Shown: piece by piece, positions 13,370-29,358 of the stretch
Position numbering within the stretch: position 1 is the first letter of the stretch
Layout of the letters: each line of letters begins with the position of its first letter
Position numbers and translations under genes: made by a program
From: Octopus vulgaris
Taxonomy: Eukaryota
NCBI GenBank assembly: GCA_951406725.2
Contig: OX597838.1
Location: forward strand, 14,942,001 to 15,006,000
Direction: 5' to 3'
Length of the DNA stretch: 64,000 bases
Notes under the pieces: generated by a model
Told to the model about the DNA's origin: nothing
The model's database searches: none
The model's input: the letters and a program-made list of their open reading frames with translations, nothing else

Positions 13370-13638
13370 GTGCGTGTGTGTGTGTTTGTGCGTGTTTGTG
13401 TGTGTGTTTGTCTTTGTGCTTGTGTTTGCCCACCACCACCGCTTAACAACCGATGTTGGTGTGTTTACGTTCCGCCGTAACTTGGCAGTTCAGCAAAAGA
13501 GAACGATGAAATAAGTACTAGCCTTAACAAAAAAAAAAAAAAAAAATCTGGAGTCGATACATTAGACTAAAAAATCTTCAAGGCGGTGCCCCAGCTTGGT
13601 CACAGTCTAATGACTGAAACAGAAGATAAAACATAAAA
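13370..13638 (+). mobile_element. SINE family B 3' half
   Basis: Homology; tail gactgaaac.gaagataaaa. Confidence 0.75.
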
Positions 13639-13867
13639 GGTAAATATTTTTGGGAATTGTATAAAAAAATTCTTAAAATATTTTGTGTATTGAAGAAGTA
13701 TAACTGATTTTCAAGTGCTAAATATTATATGGGTCCCCAAGGTTCAAATGAAACCCAATTGAGAACTATCGATCTAAATAAATTCTTTTAAATATTATAT
13801 CGCTCTATGGATTTTTTACAGTCTGTACTGATTCACAATGAAGTAAAAAAAATTCTTCATTAAGGTT

Positions 13868-13971
13868 GAAAGGCAAAGTCGACCTCGGCGGAATTTGAAC
13901 TCAGAACGTAACGGCAGACGAAATACCGCTAAGCATTTCGTCCGGCGTGCTAACGTTTCTGCCAGCTCGCC
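13868..13971 (-). mobile_element. SINE family A 5' half
   Basis: Reverse-complement homology. Confidence 0.8.
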
Positions 13972-13979
13972 ACCTAATT

Positions 13980-14138
13980 CAGTTTCTTCCAGCACCTAAT
14001 TCAGTTTCTGCCTACCAAATCCTCTCACAAGACTTCGGTGGGTCCGAGGCTATAATAGAAAACATTTGTCCAAAGTGCCACTCAGTAGGAATGAACCTGG
14101 AACCATGTACTTTAGAAGCAAGCTTCTTACTACATAGC
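13980..14138 (-). mobile_element. SINE family B 5' part, diverged
   Basis: Homology to other copies. Confidence 0.7.
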
Positions 14139-14189
14139 TAATAGTATGTATATAAAATATTTAAAAATGTAATAGATATTACAATACAT

Positions 14190-14190
14190 A

Positions 14191-14264
<74 letters not shown>

Positions 14265-14271
14265 ATCTATA

Positions 14272-14313
<42 letters not shown>

Positions 14314-14320
14314 CCTACCG

Positions 14321-14369
<49 letters not shown>

Positions 14370-14440
14370 CCTACCGATCTATCTATCTATCTATCTATCT
14401 ACCTACCGATCTATCTATCTATCTATCTATCTATCTACCG

Positions 14441-14529
<89 letters not shown>

Positions 14530-14530
14530 G
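14190..14530. repeat. (TATC)n compound microsatellite
   Basis: Directly visible. Confidence 0.95.
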
Positions 14531-15333
14531 TCCTACATATATAGAGAGAGAGGGAGAGAGAGAGAGGGGGAGGAAGAGAGATTGTGAATAATTACAATAA
14601 CAATAAAAAAGAGGTGTATGTTAAACTATTTTAAGTTAGTTATGTCTGGAAGTTTAAGTTGAAGGCAAAAACATTTCAGACTCCAAGACACAGTTCCATA
14701 AAGCTCAAAGGTTTCCAGATCTTATAAAAGAACAAAAAAAAATAAATAAATAAATAAATAAATAAATGAATAAAAAAGACCCCAAAAACGCCATTGTATT
14801 TAAAAACACATGTTAACAATTGTTTATGAAAAAAATAGCTTTCTCAAATTTCCAAACAGTAAATCTCCCGAGACAATATAACTGAAGAGACAGGTTTTTA
14901 TAGATTACTTGAATGTATGGGCCTCTCTACGCCCCTATCAACAATGAACCATAACTATATTCCTCTTGGTTTCCATACATTTTTTTTTTTTGTTTCTAAA
15001 GTCTGTTTAATATATTTAGCTAAGATCAAAACTATCGCTACAGCTGGGTCGTACCCACAAGAACGTAACTGACAAACAATGCGAAATTGTGCTTCTACTT
15101 TTTTTTCCTTTCCTTGATACGTCGTCACTTGATACGTCGTCTGTGCGTTTCATTTGGTCACGTGGTAACATCGTTCCGTAATTTTCTTATCATTTATCTT
15201 CTTTCGTGTCGGTCGTTCTGCCTCGCTTTCGTTTTCGCAAAAGGACATACGTATGTACTTTACAATATATATATATATATATATATCTATATATATATAT
15301 ATAGATATATATATATATATATATATATATTGA

Positions 15334-15760
<427 letters not shown>

Positions 15761-16744
15761 GAGACTAGAAGACTATGTCTATTTTGAATAAAGAACAAGA
15801 GTGAGTTGACAGCTTATGGCTAGGTATGGTCGTAAATATTATCATAGGTATCCCTTTTTCCCAACAGAAAGGAAATAAGACATTAGGAAGAGTCAATTTA
15901 ATAGAAGTAACTGTCTATAAAAAAGAGCCAGGGTAAAGGAAGACTTTAAATCATGATGTTAATTACCTGTTAAAGGGGCAAGATACTAAAAAACTTAAGA
16001 TGCAAATTTAGGGAAAATTTGTTAGGGGCATGATAGGGGAACGTTTATAAACAATATTGTTATATTGTATAAAATAAAATTTTATCATAACCAAAATAGC
16101 TAAAGATGTGTATGTATCAATTATAAACATTAAAAAGGAAGAATATGTAGAACCAGTTTAATAGCCATTCTTGTACTTAAATAATTAATTATTAGGTGGC
16201 TTCTATAAAGACATCCCTGGAAAGATATACATACGATCTATTAATTTTAAGCCATGAATCAGAAGTTGGATATTGAGATAATGGTAATATATATATATAT
16301 TTAAACAAAAATTATAAAATCTAAAGTAATAAAAATATAAATGCTCGAAAAATATGTGCTGATATAAGTATGTGTAAAGTGTAAAATAATGCATACAGAT
16401 ACATATACAAAGAGGTTTTTAATCTATATACATGCACACATATATATATATATGTGCATATATGCATATATACATATGCACAAATATACGCTTATATGAA
16501 TATGAATATATGAATGCAAGATACTTATGTATCTAGCATTGACGTAAGTAACTGAAAAATATCAATTTAAGAAGAAGAAAAATAGCAATTTATAAGGGAT
16601 TAGAGGTTAATAAGTAAGGATATCAATATAAGAAAACAAACTAATAAGAGTTTATAGAAATGTATAAGAAATATATATAACCTACATTTAAAGAGACTGA
16701 GGATTAAAATTATAGGCAGGGAAAAGATAAAGGTAACCTAAAAA

Positions 16745-16980
16745 GAGGACTTATTCTTTGTAAGCCTAGTACTTATTCTATCGGTCACTTTTGCCGAACC
16801 GCTAAGTTACGGGGACGTAAACACACCAGCATGAGTTGTGTTACATTAGTTCGAAAAAAAGAGACCAATAGAATAAGTACTAGGCTTACAAAGAATAAGG
16901 CCTGGGGTCGATTTGCTCGACTGAAACCGGTGCTCCAGCATGGCCGCAGTCAAATGACTGAAACAAGTAAAAGAGTAAAT
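16745..16980. mobile_element. SINE family B 3' part with inverted duplication
   Basis: 16745-16835 (minus) and 16848-16980 (plus) overlap in consensus coordinates. Confidence 0.8.
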
Positions 16981-17057
16981 ATGCATAACTATTTTTATAT
17001 CGATCTTATATATATATATATATATCTGTGTGTGCGTGTGTGTATGTATATATATAC

Positions 17058-17104
<47 letters not shown>

Positions 17105-17110
17105 CATACA

Positions 17111-17266
<156 letters not shown>

Positions 17267-17680
17267 TTGTGTGTGTGTGTACACTTCAATATTTAATTTT
17301 GTCTTGGCGCATTTTACAACCAATTTATAAAACTTATTATTATTTTATATTCCGCAAATATTTCGTTACGAATGTCTCGTTTACATTTTTAAATCGCTTT
17401 AATGAATTTTCTTCTTTTTTGTATATTTATTTTTTCTCATTTTGCTTATATTTTATTCAGATTTCAGTCCGTCTGTGTCTAAGCGTCCCCGACGTAACAT
17501 TAACATTGTTCCCTTCTACTTCTCCGCTATTTCTCCTCCTCCCCCCTTTTCTCCTCCTCCTCCCCCTCTTCCCTCCTTTTCTTCTCCTCCTCTTTCTCCT
17601 TCGTTTTTTAGTTTCCTGTTTTTTCTTCTTTTTCTTCAATTTTCTTGTCTCACTTCTATTATTTCCTCTTCTCTTTCTTT

Positions 17681-17722
<42 letters not shown>

Positions 17723-17723
17723 A

Positions 17724-17764
<41 letters not shown>

Positions 17765-17810
17765 AACAACTACTACTACTACTACTACTGCTACTACTAC
17801 TACTACTACA

Positions 17811-17843
<33 letters not shown>

Positions 17844-18211
17844 TCGTCCTCTTTTCTTCTTTTCCTACCACGTCCTCTTCTTCTTCTTCTTCTTCTCCTT
17901 CCTCCTCCTCCTCCACCTTGACTATTTCTCTTCATGCTCCTTCCTCCCTTTCCATTTCTGCCGTAATCGATTTCCTCTTTATTCATTAATATATTAAACC
18001 TTCAATGTTTAAACTCTCTAACCGACAAAATCCTTTCTTCCCAAAGATGTGGAGGAATGCCAGGCAGCGTTCAATATTTCTTTCTACTGTTCTTAATGTG
18101 TTCCGTTAAACATTGTCCAAATGTTCTCTTTTCTTCCTTTTCGTAGGAGGATCGGAACCGTGTAACTATTCGTAAAGCTTTTGGCTGCCCAGTAAAATCT
18201 TTCATTCTTAT

Positions 18212-18594
18212 TATTCTTTTATTTGTTTCAGTAATTTGACTGCGGCCATGCTGGAGCACTGCCTTTGGTTGAGCAAATCGACTCCAAGACTTATTCTTTG
18301 TAAGCCTAGTGCTTAATCTATCGTTCTCTTTTACCGAAGCCCTAAATTACGGGGACGTAAACACACCAACATCGGTTGTTAAGCGATTGTGGGGGACAAA
18401 CACAGGCACACAAACATATACACACATATATATATATACGATAGGCTTCTTTCAGTTTCCGTCTACCAAATCCACTCACAAGGCTTTGGTGACCCAAGGC
18501 TATAGTAGAAGCCATTTGCCTAAGGTGCCACGCAGTGTGACTGAAACCAAGTGGTTCGTAAGCAAGCTACTTACCACACAACCGCTCCTGCGCC
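18212..18594 (-). mobile_element. SINE family B, full length
   Basis: Homology to other copies. Confidence 0.85.
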
Positions 18595-18607
18595 TATATA
18601 TTCAATA

Positions 18608-18826
18608 CGTGCAACCGCTAACCCAAACACGTTTTTATCTCTCCATTTTCCCTCTCCTCATTTGTTTTTCTCTCCCTCTGTTTTTTCTCCTCGTTCCCCT
18701 CTGTACAAGAACGTAGGCTTGAAACGTCGAAGATTTCTTCCGTTTTTCCTGAGCGTCAAACTAGAACATTTTGCTTGTTGTTTCCTCACTTGTCACTGTC
18801 TTTTTTTTTTGTATAATTTTGAACTA
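18608..18826 (+). mobile_element. Diverged copy of the 29161-29358 family
   Basis: ctgtacaagaacgtaggcttgaaacgtc ... ttcctgagcgt matches the reverse complement of 29230-29290. Confidence 0.6.
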
Positions 18827-19098
18827 CACACACACACACAAATTATACATTCATAAATTACATACATTTATGTATGTAGATGTGTGTGAGTATGTATGTG
18901 TGTGTGTATGAATGTGAGTGTGTGTGTGTGTGTGTGTGTGCGTGGTTTAAAGTACGGTCATTATTCTGAAACAAGATTAAGGAAAACAACGGAACATTTA
19001 CTGATGACATGAGACAATACTGAGAGCTGAGTCACATAGTTTGTGAAGATCAAGTTGACTAGGACTCCAAAATATATCAACACACACACACACACGTA

Positions 19099-19162
<64 letters not shown>

Positions 19163-19562
19163 CGTGTGTGAGTATGTATATACGAATAACGTAATCTAGA
19201 TTAAGATGAAGACCGTTCCTACAAGAGAGGCGTTATTACGTTTAAGTGCACAGTTGTGTTTTTATTTATAAACAGAACGTTTAGTGATCGTACAAAATGT
19301 ACACACAGAATCATCATCATCGTCATCATCATCATCATCATCATCTTCTTCTTCTTCTTTTCCTTCTTCTTCTTTTCCTTCTTCTTCTTTTTCTTCTTCT
19401 TCTTCTACTACTACTACTACTACTACTACTAGTGATCGTACAAAAGTTTTGAAACCGATAGATCCAAGCGTATCTCTTTCCCATCGGGAAACCATGATAA
19501 GAAAGTTTAGGATTACATCAACAACAATTTTCGAAACCTTCCTGCGATCATTGGACGTATAT

Positions 19563-19615
<53 letters not shown>

Positions 19616-19622
19616 TATATAT

Positions 19623-20000
19623 ACGAGCAAACGCCCCCCGTCTAATGGACGGTACTGAGTTGTCAAACATTTAAACCAAATTTTCTCAAAACAACTTGTC
19701 CGACCAACCCATAGGCCTCCCCTTTGAGAAACACTGATTTAACCTAAATTTGAGACACCAGCAGAAGAAGAAATAAAGGCAGACATTTTTCTATTCCAAG
19801 CAAAACGATTTTACAAATGCACGTTTCCACGGCTTTATCGATCGTATTCTCACCTGGAATCGATTTTTGTAATTTTTTCAAGACTTATACACACCCTGAT
19901 ACCGTCGATATCTACATATCAAAATTGAGCGCAATCAAATTTGAGTGCAATCGGATGGAGGATGCCCGAGATCCTAGACAGACAGAACGGATTTTATATA
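19623..20000 (-). mobile_element. Probable non-autonomous Helitron in (TA)n
   Basis: Minus 5' end TATATAAAATCCGTTCTGTCTGTC. Near the 3' end a CCGTC/GACGG hairpin followed about 9 nt later by CTCG|T (a one-off CTAG). Confidence 0.5.
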
Positions 20001-20307
20001 ATATATATATATATATATATGCATGTATGTATGTATATACATATGTATGTACATGTATGTATGTGTGTACGCACATATGCATATGTACACACACACAAAC
20101 ATACACACTCACACATTTACGCAACTATCGAACAACGAGAATAAGTGCTCAACACCGCATTGATGGATAGATATTCTATATTTGTGGGTTAAAAAGGCTA
20201 CCATTGGTTTCATGCGGGAAAAATAACCTTTTCTCAGCATGAAACCAATAGTAACTTTGTTAACACACAAATAAATAATGAATGTGTGTATATATGTAGT
20301 AGTAGTA

Positions 20308-20344
<37 letters not shown>

Positions 20345-20419
20345 AAGAAGAAGAAGAAGAAGAAGAAGAAGAAGAAGAAGAAGAAGAAGAAGAAGAAGAA
20401 GAAGAAGAAGATCATGATG

Positions 20420-20455
<36 letters not shown>

Positions 20456-20671
20456 CTGTGTGTACATTTAGATGTCCGGCTGCTACTGAGGAATCTAGAG
20501 TTGCTCCACGTAGTGGTGCACCATCACCCAATCTGCATTCAGTAGCGTACCATGGTTAGCAGTATTACCGTTTATATGGAGCAAATAATTGGGATAAAGT
20601 ATGATAAACACAGCATGTACTTTACACAATTTATTCCCGACGCCTGTTCCACCATTATGATTATTTGCAGC

Positions 20672-22835
20672 ACACACACCCATATACACACAGATATATA
20701 TTCTCATACACACACACACACTCATACATATACACACAAATATATATTCTCACACACATTCACACACACACACTCATACATATACTCACACACAATGATG
20801 CATGCATGCACACACACACACTCATGCATATACACACAGATATATATTCTCACACACATTCACACACACACACTCATACATATACTCACACACAATGATG
20901 CATGCATGCACACACACACACTCATGCATATACACACAGATATATATTCTCACACACATTCACACACACACACTCACACATATACTCACACACAATGATG
21001 CATGCATGCACACACACACACTCATGCATATACACACAGATATATATTCTCACACACACACACACACACATATATACTCACACACAATGATGCATGCATA
21101 CACACACAATGATGCATACACACACACACTCATGCATATACACACAGATATATATTCTCACACACATTCACACACACACATATACTCACACACAATGATG
21201 CATGCATACACACACAATGATGCATACACACACACTCATGCATATACACACATATATATATTCTCACACACATTCACACACAATGATGCATACACACACA
21301 CTCATGCATATACACACATATATATATTCTCACACACATTCACACACACACACTCACACATATACTCACACACAATGATGCATACATACACACACAATGA
21401 TGCATACACACACACACTCATGCATATACACACAGATATATATTCTCACACACATTCACACACACACATATACTCACACACAATGATGCATGCATACACA
21501 CACAATGATGCATACACACACACACTCATGCATATACACACAGATATATATTCTCACACACATTCACACAGACACTCACGCATATACTCACACACAATGA
21601 TGCATACATGCACATACAATGATGCATATACACACAGATATATATTCTCACACACATTCACACACAATGATGCATACACACACACTCATGCATATACACA
21701 CAGATATATATTCTCACACACATTCACACACAATGATGCATACACACACACTCATGCATATACACACATATATATATTCTCACACACATTCACACACACA
21801 CTCACACATATACTCACACACAATGATGCATGCATACACACACAATGATGCATACACACACACTCATGCATATACACACATATATATATTCTCACACACA
21901 TTCACACACAATGATGCATACACACACACTCATGCATATACACACATATATATATTCTCACACACATTCACACACACACACTCACACATATACTCACACA
22001 CAATGATGCATACATACACACACAATGATGCATACACACACACACTCATGCATATACACACAGATATATATTCTCACACACATTCACACACACACATATA
22101 CTCACACACAATGATGCATGCATACACACACAATGATGCATACACATACACACTCATGCATATACACACAGATATATATTCTCACACACATTCACACAGA
22201 CACTCACGCATATACTCACACACAATGATGCATACATGCACATACAATGATGCATATACACACAGATATATATTCTCACACACATTCACACACAATGATG
22301 CATACACACACACTCATGCATATACACACAGATATATATCCTCACGCACATTCACACACAATGATGCATACACACACACTCATGCATATACACACATATA
22401 TATATTCTCACACACATTCACACACACACTCACACATATACTCACACACAATGATGCATACATACACACACAATGATGCATACACACACACACTCATGCA
22501 TATACACACAGATATATATTCTCACACACATTCACACACACACATATTATACTCACACACAATGATGCATGCATACACACACAATGATGCATACACACAC
22601 ACACTCATGCATATACACACAGATATATATTCTCACACACATTCACACACAATGATGCATACACACACACTCATGCATATGCACACAGATATATATTCTC
22701 ACGCACATTCACACATAATGATGCATACACACACACTCATGTATATACACACATATATATATTCTCACACACATTCACACACACACTCTTCACATATACT
22801 CACTCACAATGATGCATATATACACACACATACAT
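20672..22835. repeat. Complex CA-rich minisatellite with higher-order structure
   Basis: Modules cacaatgatgcat / ctcatgcatata / gatatatattct; 100-bp period at the start and a 628-bp duplication later. Confidence 0.9.
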
Positions 22836-23308
22836 AATATAACACAGGATGATATATTGCCGCTTATGATGATGTTATTTTTTCAGTCTTTTTATCATTG
22901 TAGTCACTCTGTAATATAAAAGTGAAACATGGACGTGATTGGGGAAACCTTAATATCTATTAATGAAGTAATAACCTATCCTGCTAAACCATACGCAACT
23001 GACAAATTATCTTTCAAAGATAAAAGACAACCCATTTGATATGTCTAAGCAGCTAATTTGGCTGTGAGGCAATGGCAGCTGTTTTGTCCATGTCAACGCT
23101 AACTAGACCTTGTTTTAACAATTACTGTTGTTGTCACGATAGCTCTTTCTATCATTCCTTGCTGTTGTTATAACAGTAGCTCTTGTTGCTGTTGTTGTTG
23201 TTGTTGTTGTTGGTGGTGGTGGTGTTGTTGTTGCTGTTGATGTTGTTGTTGTTGTTGTTCAGATGTTTTTTCTACCCCCGAGGTTTTTGACTATTTTAAA
23301 AAAAACAA

Positions 23309-23898
<590 letters not shown>

Positions 23899-24434
23899 TA
23901 TGTTTATTGTGTTTTTTCTTTTTAATTTTTTTCTTGTTAATGCTACTGTTTTTGTTTTTCTTGATTTCATTAATAACCAGGGTGGCACTGAGGTAGGGGT
24001 TGTTTGGAGGTAGGTGTCTTGAGGGTTGATTTTGGTTTATGGATCGGTGCTGCTGCTATTCGTGTTTGGCTGTCTTTGTCGCAGACACGGATAGTTGGGG
24101 AGGCTGGTTTCTGCTACGGTGGTTGTTTCGGTATTCGTAATTCAAGAACGGGTAGGATGGGATTTTGGAGGACCAGTGTCCCCATGATGGTTGTCAGGAG
24201 ACCTGTGTTGCTAGATAATGACAGTGATGGGGGTGGGGGAGAGGTTCTCTGCTACAGAAGTTTCCTAGTTTTCAATTCTGCATTATCTTTTTTTTTTTTT
24301 TTTATCTAATAATGAATATGGCAGCGGTGGTGCCCCAGCATGGCCTCGGCCTTCGGGCTAAAACATTTTAAAGGATTTTAAGGATTTATGGCCATATATA
24401 TTTCTGTTGTTGTCGTTGAGGACATTGCTGCTGC

Positions 24435-24480
<46 letters not shown>

Positions 24481-24835
24481 AAGATTTACATCCCCAAATA
24501 AATAACTTTAAAAATAAACATCACGTGCCCTAATTTTAGCTCCCACTGTTTTTTTTTTTCTTTCTCTATATTAGGGACAGAACTTTGAAACAAAGAAGGA
24601 AGGAATGGGGTTAAAATCTGGAATTTTACTGTTTTTCTTTAGTATTTTCTTTAGAAATGGTTCGTCCTGGTTGTGGAACTTTCTTTTTTTTTTACCATCA
24701 TGCTATATTTAGTCTGTGTGTCTAAAAGTGTGTTTGTGTGTGTGTGTGTGTTGTGTGTGTTTGTTTTATGAGGGAGGCTGGGCAGTGTTGTTTTGTATTA
24801 TCTGTATCTATGTTCTATATCTTATTATCTATCTT

Positions 24836-24901
<66 letters not shown>

Positions 24902-25856
24902 CACACACACACACACACACACACGTAGCCGATATAATATAAAAATAAAACAAAGCGAGAAATTATATTATGCTTGTATATGTGTGTGTGTGTGTACATA
25001 TATACATATATACATATATATAATGAGAGAGAAAGAGAGAGAGAGAGGGGGAGTGGGAGAAGGAAGGAGGGGAAGGAGAGAAGTAAGAGAGAGTGAAAGA
25101 TACAAACATACGTACGTACATGATACATACGTACATACATACTCTCACACATATATGCACCCACATAAATACACACATGCATTCATACACACATGTATAC
25201 ATACATACACACCCTTCCATCCATCCATCCACCCGTTATTACATACATGCATTCATAAATGCATACATATATACATACATACATACATACATACATACAT
25301 ACATACATACATACATACATACATACATACATACATACATACATACATCATACATACATACATAGGCACACACAGATATTTCAATGTACATGCATACATA
25401 CAAACGTACGTACAAGGATACATAGATGCATGTATACACATGATGTTTATTTGTGAATCAAGTAGCAAACAAACAATCATAGTGTACAACTCAGTCTGGG
25501 GTGGTTAGATTAGTGCCGCTTTATAAACATAGTTTGGGATAACCCCCCTTCTCTACTTGTTACTGACCCATTACTAACCCATCACTCTGCCTTATCTTCT
25601 ATCACAGATTAAAAGTCTTCTGTGAAAAAAATAAATAAATAAATATCTGGAAAAAAATCCTCCCCGAAAAACTACTGTAAAAAAGTTATTTTAAAAAATT
25701 CGAAAAACAACAACAGTAAACCTTAATAAAAACCATCTGTCAAGATGTTTTCCTTTCTTTTTTCTGTTTTCTGTTTTCTCCACATGGACCGATAAATTCA
25801 GATGAAGCTGTCGTCATATCTTTTCAGTGACCCTCACCATTTTCTCACTCTGACAG

Positions 25857-25942
<86 letters not shown>

Positions 25943-26137
25943 CATCCATCAATCTAGCTGTATATCTAGAGAGAGATGGGGTTGAGAGAAAGGAGAGGGT
26001 GTGAGGGAGATATTGTACATAGAGTGATTGATTGACAGACAGACAGATAGACAGACAGGCAGAAAGACAGACAGGCAGACAGACAGACAGATAGATAGAT
26101 TATCTCTGTATCCCAAAATACCAAGATAACGTAGTGC

Positions 26138-26171
<34 letters not shown>

Positions 26172-26189
26172 GTGCGTGCGTGTGTGTGT

Positions 26190-26227
<38 letters not shown>

Positions 26228-27031
26228 CGGGGTCGGGACTATCTATAAAACTGTTAATTATATTGTGTCATTCACACCATGGTACAAGGTCGACGGGACA
26301 GCTCTCCAATCATATACAACAGTATCAATACAGTAACTGTTATACATAAATAAATATACGGTCTACCACGTAGCAAACAAACAACCATAGTGTACAACTC
26401 AGTCTGGGGTGGTTAGATTAGTACCGCTTTATAAACATACTGATCGATGCAGCTTCTGTGAATGCTTGAAGGTTCGTACTGCAAGGGTTGCTGTTAGTCG
26501 ATGCTGTTGGGTGGATGTTTATAAGCTGATATTTGGAAGAGTGTTTGGACGACGGAGTCATTTGAGTGAAGGTTTGAGTACCATTGCTTCTAATAAATGT
26601 TTTGCTCTCGCTGCCGCTAGAGTGATTGTTTAAGGTAGTGGTTCTCAATCGAGGTCCATATGATCCCGGGGGATGGGGCATTAAATATTTCTGGGGGTCA
26701 ACGCAAGCAAAATAATAAATTGGGGACCCGTAGTTGCGTATTAAGGGTCCATGAAAAAAAATTTCACTTTAGAGCGTTTACTGCAAGAAACATCTCGGTT
26801 TTTTTTTCTCTGACATTTTGCATCGTTCAGCTTACAAAGGTTAATGTAGGAAAGGCAAAATAAAATGTGAGGTATTCCTGCCATCTCAATATGGTTAACC
26901 ACTAAGGGTGGGTGTTACTGTAGCTTGTAGCCCCAGGAGAACATCGTCTCCAGCTGGCTTTAGGCACATTTTCTGTGCCCTATGGGTATTTGCAAAGGGA
27001 GGTCATCCTTCCCTCGTCAACCTAAGTGATA

Positions 27032-27076
27032 TGCACGGACTGCAGTTTCTGGGTCTTGACCCGTCATCAGCGCACA
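27032..27076 (-). ncRNA. Minimal type I hammerhead ribozyme (intact core)
   Basis: Minus strand: UGUGCG-CUGAUGA-c-GGGUC-aa-GACCC-a-GAAA-CUGCAG-UC/CGUGCA. Stem I 6 bp (2 GU), stem II hairpin, palindromic stem III ACUGCAGU, GUC cleavage triplet. Confidence 0.85.
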
Positions 27077-27099
27077 ATTTTGAAGGAAATATCTATCAT

Positions 27100-27285
27100 T
27101 ATTCATCATTGTTCGACCGTGGTCGAGACAATGGAATTTACCATGCTGCGCCAGACTTCACGGTCCATCATGGCATTACGGAGGTCCTGTTGCTGGATGC
27201 CTGTATCCCTGGAGATTACATCAGGGTAGGAGAGTGTGCGCCCTCTGGTATTTACGAGTAGATGGCTTCCAGAGGAGAAGAGTAG
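27100..27285 (-). mobile_element. Second RTE-like LINE 3' fragment
   Basis: Minus translation LLLWKPSTR...RGRTLSYPDVISRDTGIQQQDLRNAMMDREVWRSMVNSIVSTTVEQ** followed by a TGA-rich tail; typical RTE-type end (MxDRxxWR). Confidence 0.75.
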
Positions 27286-27608
27286 AAATTACCTCTTTAT
27301 CTACTTTTTAAACAACGAATGGCTATGGGGGTCCACTAAAACTGAATTGTAGTCAAAGGGGTTCATAGTTAAAAACGGTTGAGGGCCACTGGCTTAAGGA
27401 ATCAGTGACGTTGGGGAGAGTGTCTAGAGCTAGCTGCATACGATGATGTGTTTAGAGATCGGTGCCGCTGAGACCAGAATGTCTAGGACAGAAATGTAGT
27501 TAGCCTTCATTTCAGTTTAATTGTTTATTTATTAATCAATATGGCCGTATCTGTTTATGTACGGCAAAAGGAAGAGAGAAGACGGGAGAGAGAAAAAGAA
27601 GCTGTGAG

Positions 27609-27650
<42 letters not shown>

Positions 27651-28158
27651 TGAAAGAGAGGAGGTGACAAACAGATGGATTGGTCGCTAAATTAGTCGGT
27701 TCATCAGCAACCTAAGAACTCAGCTGTCTTGGAAAGAAAAAAAAAACGAAAGACTTGGAAAAGGGTAGAGAGGAAAAGGAAATAAAGCGATAGAAGGAGG
27801 TAACGAAGAAAGAGAGGCGAAGGGTTACGTAGGGCTGGTGGTTGGGAAAATGGGTTGGAGCGAAGAAGAAACGAGAAACCTGGAGTGGGGAGGAGTGGAG
27901 AGACGAGCTAATGAGGTTAGCACTGGCGAAATGGCACATGGAACGGCTAATATTTCACTTCACTTTACTACAGAAAATCCTGTGTCTATGAGCGCGCATA
28001 TGTGTGTGTGTATGTATGTGTACATGCGTAGGTGCGTATGTGTGTGTGTGTGTGCATACACATACACATACATATATGTATATGTCATACATGCATACGT
28101 GTTGTTTCATACACATATACACACATACTGGTATACGTATCTGTAGGTGTGTGTGTAG

Positions 28159-28209
<51 letters not shown>

Positions 28210-28403
28210 CATATATGCACGAGTAACCCATCGGGTTAATGTAAAATTGTTTTTGTTATAACTGAACATAAAAACAAACATTAATGTATGAGGCTGTGTG
28301 TGTGTGCATGTGTGTGTGTGCGTGTGCGTGTGTATGTGTGTGTGTAGACAGACAGACAGACAAATAGATCGATAGACAGAGAGACAGAGATACCTTGATA
28401 GAT

Positions 28404-28455
<52 letters not shown>

Positions 28456-28460
28456 ATATG

Positions 28461-28583
<123 letters not shown>

Positions 28584-28644
28584 GTGTGTATGCGCGCGCG
28601 CGCGTGTGTGTGAATGTGTGTGTCAGTACATTTGTATTTAGAGA

Positions 28645-28680
<36 letters not shown>

Positions 28681-28842
28681 AAGATAGGGGAAGGGGAGAA
28701 AAGGTAAACTGTTTGCTTTTAAGTTCAGTTATAATAAAAACTTTACATCAGTCCGATGGGTTACTCTATACTTTTGTAAAGTAAAAATTTATTATTCTTA
28801 TGCAAGTATGTTGTTGGCAGTAACTTCGAAGTGTCGGTCAGC

Positions 28843-29358
<516 letters not shown>

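Larger units (their letters stand above)
26636..27391. mobile_element. hAT (Charlie-like) MITE with nested insertion at ~26867-27285
   Basis: TIRs TAGTGGTTCTCAATC / GGTTGAGGGCCACTG; 8-bp TSD GTTTAAGG / GCTTAAGG. Confidence 0.75.

Noticed and set aside
20802-22837. Long His/Thr-rich ORFs resembling metal-binding or structural proteins
   Set aside because: Frames shift with CA-run length and there are no splice signals or codon-preserving pattern.
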